Assembly: GCF_006345805.1 (NCBI RefSeq)
Contig: NC_043022.1
Location: 23,870,001-23,934,000, forward strand
From: Octopus sinensis
Lineage: Eukaryota
Reading direction: 5' to 3'
Length of the DNA stretch: 64,000 nucleotides
The notes beneath the pieces are model-generated. The model ran no database searches and was not told the origin of the DNA. It saw only the letters and a list, made by a program, of their open reading frames with translations. The first letter of the stretch is position 1. The number at the start of each line of letters is the position of its first letter. Made by a program: the position numbers and the translations under genes. Below are positions 53,162 to 64,000 of the stretch, in pieces.

Positions 53162-54747
53162 ATTTTCGATCTCCTAATCTGTTTTAATTTATGAATTTAT
53201 GACTTCATAAATTAAAACAGATTAGGAGATCGAAAATCCACTGACGAATGTCATTGAAGACATGAAACGATTGTAGTGGCGGTTTATTTCTTTATATTAA
53301 AAATTTTTATGTATTGATTAAGCCTTTCCTTGTTTGTTTTGCAAAATAGTGGTTTTGTCTCGAATTAATATTATATATATATATATATATAATATAGTTT
53401 CAGCCTACGAGCTGTGGCCATGCTGGGGCAATATTAGATTTTTTTGTAAGAAAGCTAGCGAATGTGTACGGCAACAAAGATAAAAAACGGATACATCCCA
53501 CACACACACACACACACACACAATATATATATATATATATATATCTATATATATCTATATATATATATACACACACATACATATATGTATGTATATGTTT
53601 GTGTATCTGTGTTTACGTTCATGTAACTTAGCAATCGGCAAAGGGGTACGAGAGAATAATTCTTAGGCATCACAAAGTCCTGGCGTCGATTCGTTCGACT
53701 AAAGGTGGTGCTGCAGCATGGCCGCCGTCGAATGACTGAAAGAAGGAAAAGAAAAAGAACAAGAACACACGATATACACATGAATGACAAGTGGCTTTTA
53801 TTTGAAAGTTAACACCGCACACTTGAGTTAGATAATAAAGCTAGAAGTAGGGAAATGCACACACACACACATACACACACACACACACACACTTTGACAG
53901 ACACACACAGTCACACATACATTCACACACAGATACATATACACACACAGAGACACATACCCATATAATAATCACAGCAGCGCCATCACGTAAAGAACAA
54001 CAGCGATAATTTCCCGTAGTTCGCTTGTCTACGCCACCCAAGAAGTATTATAGTATTATGTTAATAAATAACTGTGAGACTGGGTGGACGGAGATGAGGT
54101 GTAAAGTCTTTGTATGATAGAGAGAATATGATTCATGATGAGTCAGTGGTGGTGGTCGTGGTATTGGTTAATGTGGGTAAAAAGAGAGAAACTACAGACA
54201 AGAATAACTAAGTTCCTGTTAGGTGGGGTCCCGAATACATAACGTGACGCCATCTTTATATTACTGCAGAATCTATTTTGGCAGGAATAAAACTTTTAAT
54301 CGGCCTACCCCCATGGTTTAAGATTTTTTCTAACAACATCTGGTAAATGTGAAGTTTGTGGGTCGCGAGAGACGCGGTAAGGGATATACAGGGTGGGTTA
54401 AGGGAGAGAAGGGAGAAAAGGGGCGAATGAAAGAAGGTGTGAGAGCGCTGTGGCAAGGGAAGTAATCTCGTTGATTTTGCTGGTTCTGCGCTGACGTCAT
54501 GTTTCGCTTTCACTTTTGACTTTTGTTCTTTTGTTGCTCAAATTACAGAAGTTGTCGACTGGATCATTACTAGGTAAAAACCACAGACAAAAAATAACAA
54601 TTTACATTACAACAACGACAGCAGCGAGACAAAGAACTGCAAGAAAACTGACACAAGTCTTTGAAACCAAATTGTCGTTTATAATGTGTATGCGAATGTG
54701 ATTGTGTGTGTATGTGTGTGTGTGCGCACGTGTCTGTGTGTGTAAAT

Positions 54748-54807
<60 letters not shown>

Positions 54808-55118
54808 GTAAAGTATAGAAGCCATCTTATCATGGCTAACCACATTGGGGAGGGGGTGTTACTGTAGCTTTATAGCCCCAAGAGATCTTCGTCTCTAGCT
54901 GGCTTTAGACACAATATAAGTGTCCTTGGAGTATTTGCAAAGGAGGCCATCCCTTCCTCGCAAGCCTGAGTGATACGCTCGAACTAGTTTCGGTATTTTT
55001 TGTTCCTCGTCAACGGGCGGTAACCACCAGGTCGCGATGAAAGTGAAGGCCTCTTTGCAAACATATAAGTTTTCTAATGGCGTCTGCCAATGATGTCGAA
55101 ATATATATATAATATATA

Positions 55119-55150
<32 letters not shown>

Positions 55151-55248
55151 GTATAGTATATGTTATATATATATATATATATGTATATGTATATATATAT
55201 GTATATATATTATATTCTATATATTATATTATTATATATATATGTATC

Positions 55249-55283
<35 letters not shown>

Positions 55284-55489
55284 GTATATATTATATATAT
55301 ATATATAATGTATATATTATGTATGTATATATATATATGTATTATATATATGTATATATATATATATGTATATATATACATATATATATATGTATATAAT
55401 ATACAATATATATATATGTATATATATATACTATATATATAATGTATATGTTATAAACTATTATATAATATATATGTTATAAATATTAT

Positions 55490-55575
55490 AATAATCAGGT
55501 TTCTATATACTAGGCCACTTGGTGTGAATAAATATATATTAAATTAGTTATCTAATTCTCTCCCCTTATGAATAT
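55490..55575 (+). mobile_element. 3'-terminal fragment of the 530-bp HHR repeat
   Basis: aatcaggtttc..ctaggccacttggtg..attag..tctaattctctc.ccttat followed by AT microsatellite. Confidence 0.75.
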
Positions 55576-55584
55576 TATGTAATC

Positions 55585-55615
<31 letters not shown>

Positions 55616-56212
55616 GCATATATATATATATATATATATTGCATAATATATATATGTATTATATATTGTATATATATATATATATATTTTATTATATATA
55701 TATGTATTATATATATATATATGCTGTATATATATATAATATGTATGTTATATGTATAATATAATATATTTGTATATATATACATGCATACACGCACGTA
55801 TTTATCTGTGTGTATGTGTGTGTTTGTGTATATAAAGCTCCACTCTAATTGTATAGGAGGTGCTATCAGTTGACAATTTCAAAGAGTCTGATTTAATCAA
55901 CGAAGGAAATATAAGTAGTGATGACGGCTTTATGGGTTGAGGGGAAGAAAAGAAAAAATGAGATCCCGAACAACTGTAAATATGGCCTACTTGACTCTAA
56001 GATATAAAATATGAACCCAAATCACAGAGTTGGGGGCGACTAATTGATGGATACATACACACATACACATTATACATACACATATTGTGTGGTAAGAAGC
56101 TTGCTTCCCAACCATATAGTTGGTGGTTCAGTCCCACTGCGTGACAACTATAGCCTCGGGTTGGCCAAAGCCTTGTAAATGGATTTGGTAGACGGAAACT
56201 GAAAGAAGCCCG

Positions 56213-56277
<65 letters not shown>

Positions 56278-56444
56278 TACCCCATAAATATATCGTATAT
56301 ATATGTTATATATTATATATATCATACAGACCTGACAGAGGTAAACAGTGAAAGTTTATATCTTTTATTAATTGACATTTTTATGGCTAAGGTCTTATAT
56401 GTGACTATTTTATCTTGCTACGTACAAAAGAATCCTTGGAACTG

Positions 56445-57030
56445 TCCAAATTTCAAATGTGCCGTATTGTGCGTCAGTCTGAAGGTGGACTTAGCATAAA
56501 ATCGCAGAAACCCTAGGATCCCACCTTCTACAGTTAATAGAGTGATTGTACAAGCAATTCACCAGAGAGGGTAAGGAGTCCACATCACCTCGCCCAGGTC
56601 CCTCTGACAAGACCCTTCGCTTTGTTAAGAGAAGTGTGGAGGATAATCCTCGTTGCAAGGCTTCAGACATAGCAGAACAAGTTGATGTAAATCCCAGGAC
56701 AGCTGTCAGGTATCTCCATACACTTGACTACCATGGCATAGCAGCAAGAAGGTAGTCACTGCTTCAACCAGTCAATATCAAGTGGAGAAAAATTGGACCA
56801 GTGAGATTGTAACACCAACATTTTGGAATACTGTCATATTCTCCGATGAGTCCAGATTTGCTGTCTTTTCTGACAGTGGTTGACTGTGGATCTGGAGACT
56901 CTGTGATCAAGAATTTGACGTGAAAAGATTGCAGCCAACAATGAAACACGGCAGCTATTCTGTGAAGGTCTGGGGAGCAATTTGGAACAATGGTCGAACA
57001 GAGCTAATGGAGCTGAGATCAAATGTCTAA
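56445..57030 (+). pseudogene. Tc1-type (DD34E) transposase remnant
   Basis: SPRPGPSDKTLRFVKRSVEDNPR...WNTVIFSDESRF...LQPTMKHGSYSVKVWGAI, with stops. Confidence 0.9.
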
Positions 57031-57622
57031 AGTCGAACAGATGACAAGACTTTTCAAGTATATTTGGAGAGGAATGGATGAAAATGGCATAGAGACATAG
57101 GAAAGGAGAAGAGAGGAGAAATGAAAGGAAAAATAGAAAAGAGCCACTTTTCTCCTTTCACTCTCCTCCTACACTTTTCTTCTATATTTTTCGTATGAAG
57201 GACAAACATCCGAAACGTTATGATTTTTCTCTTCCTTTAAGCATTAAGCTAATATATTTGTTTAAATAAGTTTGTTAAAACTTGTACCTCATGTATTGTC
57301 AACTTTCATTTTGTGTTCATTACTTTCATGTATACGTGCGTATTATAATTTTGCTTTGCCATAGTAGGATGTGCAAACCATTCTATTATAACTTTGCAGG
57401 CTACAGCTTTGTATCTATAAAGACGGCATCTTATATCACCGTAAGCTTGTAGCTCTGAACAAAAACACACAAAAGAAATATAGTTATATGCTAAGAATAA
57501 ATAACAAAGGAAAACAAGTTCTTTAATTTATTTATGAGCTTACAGCTATTTCCGCAAAGAGAGCGAAGCTTTACTACATAATGCGTTAACGTAATTTAGT
57601 ATCTTAGTTTCTTCGGAGCGTT

Positions 57623-57660
<38 letters not shown>

Positions 57661-58780
57661 TCTGGATCGCATACACTAGCACACTCATAAATATACACCC
57701 GTGTTTATATTACTCGCACACGCATATATATATATATATTTATGCATACAACAATTATATTATGTAAGAAGTATTAAAATGTTTCGTTGCACTTATGCGA
57801 CACAATTCCACTGCAATTTTCTCTTTCTTTATCGCTTTGGTTTTCTTTCCTTCTTTCTCTTCTTCATATATACATATGCACGCGCGCACGTGCACACACT
57901 GAAACACACATACATACACACACACACTCATAGTTGTTAAAGAATGCTCATCTGAACGAAATAATGTGACTTTTTGTCACGAATCATTTCAAATTTAAAT
58001 TTTAATTATAATTAATATATACATGCGTGTGAATAAGTGTACACACACATACATACATACATACATACATACATACATACATACACATATATATATATAT
58101 ATATATTATATATATACATACATACATACATACATACATACATACATACATACATACATACATACATACATACATACACACACACACATACATACATATA
58201 TATATATATATATAGATATAGATATAATATATCTGTAAATATAATATGTGACAATTATTTGGTAGCCATGATAAAACTCCGGCTACCGTATAATTGTCAC
58301 CAATATTTACAGATAAATTCCTCTATTTGCATAATATTGAGTTCTCTTTCATTCTTTTCTTGTCTTGCCATTTCCATTTCTATCAATGTGTGTGGTATAT
58401 ATATATATATATATATAGTCAATAACGAAATAAAAGCACCGCTAGTGTTGTGAACATTGTATTCAGTGTGTGTGTTTTGTTTGTTAAAAGAACCATTATC
58501 GGTAAACTTAAACAATAATTTTTATAATTATGAGTATAATTATAATTAGGGTTCAGCAAAAAAAAATATTTGCTTCACCACATACCGAAATTTAGAAATA
58601 GCAGCCAAGAAGCTAGTTATTTCTCTACCATAAAGGAGATTTACTTATGCTAGCGAAATAGCTAGCTTCTTGGCTGCTATTTCTAAATTTCTAAATTATT
58701 CTTATAATTTATGGGAATCATTCTTATTGTCTATTGTAGAGTTGGATTCGTACTCATACCACTTTCCAGCTACTTTGAAT

Positions 58781-59017
58781 TCACACCTGGCTAACACCCC
58801 AGTGTACCTTATTACCTACACATTCATGCCTACACTTATACTCTTTTTGTGTTAGCTTATGGCATTCACTCAAGAGATGGTTAGAACTTTCATACCGTTT
58901 CGCACTTTTTCTGTATTTGCTCTCTGACTGAATTTTATCAATCTTTGCCTTTATCAGATTCGTCTTAATAGCTTGTTCCTGAGAGGTTATAATTTGCATT
59001 TCTGTTTCCCATATCAT
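58781..59017 (-). pseudogene. R4/Dong-like (RLE) non-LTR retrotransposon C-terminal zinc-knuckle fragment
   Basis: ETEMQIITSQEQAIKTNLIKAKIDK...NHLLSECHKLTQKEYKCRHECVGNKVHW. Confidence 0.8.
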
Positions 59018-59705
59018 TTTTCCGTCTATATGTATGTATACATATATGTATTATGTATGCATGTATGTATGTTTGTATGTATATATGAATGTATGCATAC
59101 ATGTATGCACGTATATCTGACTCTTGTGTATGTCTGCATGTATGTATGTAAGTATGAATTATGAATATATATGCATGTATATATGAATGTATATATGAAT
59201 GTATGCATGCATGTATGCACATATGTCTGACTATTATGTATGTCTGCATGTATGTAAGTATGTATCATGAATGTATATATGCATGTATGTACGTATGTAT
59301 GCATGTATGTATGTATGCATGTATGCCTGCATGTATGTATGTACGTATGTATGCATGCATTGTGTGCATGTATGTACGTATATATGCATGTATATATATG
59401 TATGAATGAATGAGGGCGCGTGGTTTAGTCTTTAGAGTGAGGCACCTATTCGTCGAAGGATGTCTCCTTGTCTTTATTTATTCTTTACTTTATATCCGTT
59501 CTTTCATTACAGCGTAAACGAACATATATCGTTGAAAAAGCATCGAATAACAAGAGCTGTACGTTATTATACAGTCATATTAAGCAATAAAGAGCATAAA
59601 TTATACAGCCATCTTCATCTTCCTTCACCCCTTCTTTTTCCTCCTCCTTTTCTTCTTCTTCTCATCATCATCATCATCATTATTGTTGTTATTATTATTA
59701 TTATT

Positions 59706-59752
<47 letters not shown>

Positions 59753-59760
59753 GGTTGTTG

Positions 59761-59791
<31 letters not shown>

Positions 59792-61432
59792 ATTATATTA
59801 TTATTATACAGCAGGATGATGAGAACCAGAGAAGCACAAAATAAATAAATAAGCAATAACTACAGCAGCAACAACAATAATAATAACAACAATAACAACA
59901 ACAATAACAACAACGATAATAACAATAATACCAACCAGAAGAACAGCAGCAACAACAACAACAACAACAATAATAACAACTTCAGTATTCGCAGTAATCA
60001 TAGTTGTAATGGTAATAATAAAGATAGCAATTTATCACAATGAAAATGGTTCTGGAGTTATATATGTGACATGTGATATTTTTATTGGAACATAATTAGC
60101 CATTAGATATCAGATAATTCAACATGTTATCAACTGTTTAACAATATTATCAAGGGAGAGGTTTATCGTGTTTGAGCAGTCGTAAAGATGAACGTCTTAA
60201 AATGGCGCATATACACAAACACATTCTATCTATATGTGTGTGTGTGTGTTTGTAATTATGTATGTATGGATGAATGGATGAACGGATGTGTGCATGTATG
60301 TATGTATAATTCTGCCAATGCTGTATATAATTATACTATGTGCTGGACGCAAAGCTGGTGATATATTGCTTAGTATTTGGTAAATAATGTATTCCTGCGG
60401 CGAGCGAATTGAATTCGAAAGAATTATTGATTCCTTTGTAGGAAGACAAACATGGCCGTAAATTTATAGACGAAAGAGAGGGAGAGAAAGAGAGATATAG
60501 AGAAGGAGAGAGTAAGAGAGGGATAGAGTAGAGGGGTTTCATATGGCTTTGGCGTTAAGTAAATGGAAGAAACACTACAGATTTGTGTGAATGGTGGAAT
60601 TTGTGCAAGACACGGACGTTTATATGTATTCACTCGACCTGTTCAATGCAGAGGTCACGTCTCTTTGAGCAAGTATCAATCTCAGTCCCATTTCTACCTT
60701 CTTCCTCTCTCCGTTTCTCACTCCACCCGTCCTGCTTAAATCTGTATAATAATGTATGTTGGTTTATGATTAAAATTTCAGAAGATTGCCGTTCTGACAA
60801 ATGGACTGTTCGCTATTTGAGCCTAACGAGGTCTTATCAGCTTCGGTTCTCTAATACCAAACACGTACCCATCGTAACCCCATTGTATTTCATGATGATG
60901 AGGAAGAGAGGAGGAGGAGCAGGAAGAAGAGAAGGAGGAGGACGAGGATGAAGACGACGATGGCGGAGACGGCCATTACATCAACGATGTTGACGACGGC
61001 AGCGATGATGGAAACGACGATGATGATGACACCGCTGCTAATAATGATGATGAGGGGGTGGAGATGATGATTACGACGACGACGATGATGATTTCTGTCT
61101 CATTATTCTCTGTGCAGTCAAACTGCTCAATGTCATATTTGTCTGAGGTGGACACTTTGAAGACCAGCAACCGTTTCTCAGAGTTTCAAGAGCAAACAAC
61201 TCGGTCACACCTTACCATTGCTACAGAAACGATCGAACACGTCTTTGGAATGATCAGATTCCTCTGCATATAACGCTGCCCCAGCATGGCCACAACCCGC
61301 TAACCGAAACGGGTAAAAAAATAAAACAATGGAAGAGTATCTCTCCGCAGTTCACGTTTAGAGCTACGCTCCAATGCTGCGCACTTTAAAAGCCGCATGA
61401 TGCAGACGTAGCTGTCGGGCGTTAGTCGTTCT

Positions 61433-61900
61433 ACAGGGGGATTGCGCAGTAACTCCCTATTTTAAAATACTTATAAATCATTCATTAATTGTGATTTTCT
61501 TCCGAAATATATTGCGCTTGTTTTTTGAAGTATGGGGATTTAATCTGTAACCGTACTGCTATTGTCGTTCGTGGATAACTGAATGCCCACTTCCCTGGGA
61601 GATGGACGGGTTGTCATGGTCCACCTGAGTGGCCAACCAGGAGCCCTGGCTTAACACCCGATGACTTCTTTTTGGGGGGTTGGTTAAAGGAACAAGTCTA
61701 CTGTACCAAACCAAATACTTTGGAAGAACTTGAAGGGCGAAGTTATGTCTTGGAGGAATCAGTTGGGCGACTCAAGAAGCTGATGGCGATATCTGGAGCC
61801 CATATCGAATTTTAAAATCTTTCCTCTCACATCCATTTTTTGTAAAGATTACAATTAATAAATAATTTATATTTTAATATAGGGGGTTACTTTTCAAGGT
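61433..61900 (+). mobile_element. mariner-like deletion derivative with degenerate TIRs and transposase C-terminus (61567-61815)
   Basis: LNAHFPGRWTGCHGPPEWPTRSPGLTPDDFFLGGWLKEQVYCTKPNTLEELEGR. Confidence 0.85.
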
Positions 61901-62026
61901 TACGATTTAACTATTCTTTTATTCTCCTACTTTGTTTCTAGCATGGGACTGCGCTCATGCTGGAGCACCGCCTTGAAAGCTTTAGTCGATCAAATGTACC
62001 CTCTGTTCTTACATATTTAAATCTGA

Positions 62027-62388
62027 CTAGCACTATGACCCGGCAATGCCGAGTCATAGTGCTAGTGCATGCATATACAGCTGCGTGCGTGCACACATAC
62101 ACGTGAGTACTGTCCAAATCTCCGACCAATCACATACAGTTAGCTGGCATTCAATTGGCGTATCAAGTTTCGGGCATTTTGATTGGGTTTTGGATAAAAA
62201 TTTCACAAAAAAGTCACTTCTATTGATTTTTTAATGGCTTTGCAGGGTGACTGGGGAAATGTAAAGATGTGCACGACCACCCTTGGACGGTTTTGAATGA
62301 CCATAGAAAGTGCAAGCCCTCTAACTGAAAAATTGTGGATTTGTATAAAGGACACACACAGACATTTTGCCGTTTATATATAGAGAGA
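62027..62388 (-). mobile_element. Non-autonomous Helitron inside a SINE A remnant
   Basis: Minus strand 5' TCTATATATAAACGG; 3' hairpin gactcggcattgccgggtc + CTAG|T. Confidence 0.8.
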
Positions 62389-62727
62389 TACTTTTTTCCA
62401 CCAGCTTCTTTTGTTGAACCGCTATGCTTCGGAGACGCTAGCAAACCAATATCAGTTGTTAAGCGATGAGAGATGAACACAAAGACACGAACACCACAAA
62501 CATATGTTCACACATATATGTGCAGTGAGACTTCAGTTTACGAATTTAATTTGCCCCTGAAGACGTTCGTCACCTAAAATGTTTGTAAACCAAAACTAAT
62601 TTTCTCATAGGAAATCCAAGACAAAGCACGGCGAATTCAAGCAGAGATGTGCACTGAGTGAGAGCTAGATAGCAACTGACACTCTCCTGCAGATATTCTC
62701 AGTTTGTCGCCAACCGCTGTTCTTTTT

Positions 62728-62827
62728 CTCTGTCTGACGAATTTCTAATTGGGAATCCCTTACATGCATGTATAACATGTGAATCTTTGTAATTCTTATT
62801 AGCAAATGAAACACGTATAATGAAGAA
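62728..62827 (+). ncRNA. Type I hammerhead motif, one stem III mismatch
   Basis: CTGACGA 62734-62740; stem II ATTT-CTAAT//ATTAG-C-AAAT; GAAACACGTATA (G>A relative to ACACGTGT). Confidence 0.65.
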
Positions 62828-63118
62828 TAGATAATACCAAAAATTTCACGAGGATTAAATAGACAGCCGACAACTGATGAAGGGTCCTTTTTCTGTGTGA
62901 ACTTGTCCTGCTTTCCATTTTTTTCTCGTTGTTTACGTATTTCACTCGTTTTTATCCTGAAATTACTGTCCACGTCTTGTATCTATCTCGTGTGCATATC
63001 ATTTGCACCGTTGGTGACGTCCAGTTATGATATATATATATATATATAATTATATATATATATATATAATATATATATATATTATATATATATACTATAT
63101 ATATATATATATAGTATA

Positions 63119-63220
<102 letters not shown>

Positions 63221-63683
63221 GTGTGTGTGGGTGTGGTGTGTGTGTGTGTGTATATGTGTATGTATATGTATATATATATTATATAACAATGCCTTGTTAT
63301 GTCCTGTTATTTGTATTTGTGTAACATTCTCCGTCTTTGTTTTCGTATACTTTCGCTGCTTTCTTCCAAGTAATCTAATGCCCTTAGCTTAGTTTTTCCT
63401 TGGGCTGGCCAGATTGGAGCAATCTCGAGTATAACCAGCCGAAATTGCAAAGATAATCTGGAACTCGACTAAGGAAAGAAAACTCCGAATGACCCGTCCT
63501 TGTTTTCTTTGTATCGTCTATCTGGATGTTTTGCGTTCTTCACCCATTTTGTGTTATTTATTTATAAAAAATATAACGGCGTACGTACACTTTGGTCTCT
63601 TATATGTAAGTATATATATATATGTATGTATGTATGCATGTATGTATGTATGTATGTGTGTGTCTGTGTCTGTGCGCGCGCGC

Positions 63684-63730
<47 letters not shown>

Positions 63731-64000
63731 ATATATTACACTGAGTCGAAGATTTTGCTATACTTTGGTAACTTGTTTGCTTTATTCGTCAATTTACAGC
63801 AAAAGCGGTCCAGCATTCAAACTAGAGGCCATCATTTTGCATGCTCTGAAACCACCTATCTTCTAGTTCTTTGATCCCACACAGATATGGTGATCGCCGC
63901 ACCGCTTCAGCTGCACTTAGCCCCTTTACGTACAAAACAAAACTGGGCTTGCAACAGCTGAAGAAGTGCAGTGATCATCGTAACGTTCATACAGTAACTT

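Noticed and set aside
61205-61275. 46-nt minus-strand exon with a GTAAGG donor
   Set aside because: The acceptor lacks a pyrimidine tract and falls in a SINE tail remnant

Overview
This is AT-rich, microsatellite-saturated eukaryotic DNA. The SINE families and microsatellite load suggest an octopus or related cephalopod (inference). No intact protein-coding gene could be confirmed, and almost all ORFs in the track are translations of (TA)n, (TACA)n or trinucleotide repeats. The window holds many tRNA-headed SINEs of several families, four Helitron derivatives, Tc1/mariner/pogo remnants and MITEs, RTE and R4/Dong-like LINE 3' fragments, and four protein fragments of Penelope-like elements (PLEs). 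The main hidden signal is more than 15 type I hammerhead ribozyme (HHR) motifs in several non-coding repeat families. The best case is a ~530-bp tandem array plus an inverted copy (25400-27230) with one canonical HHR per complete unit, which matches the retrozyme (circular RNA intermediate) architecture. A dispersed family carries a non-canonical core (CUGUYGA plus an extra A). One unique-sequence exon (6314-6808) may encode a signal peptide followed by a two-Cys RFamide peptide, but it needs a 1-nt correction. Frequent homopolymer indels, fold-back palindromes and one garbled duplicate indicate long-read assembly noise, so copy numbers need checking against reads.
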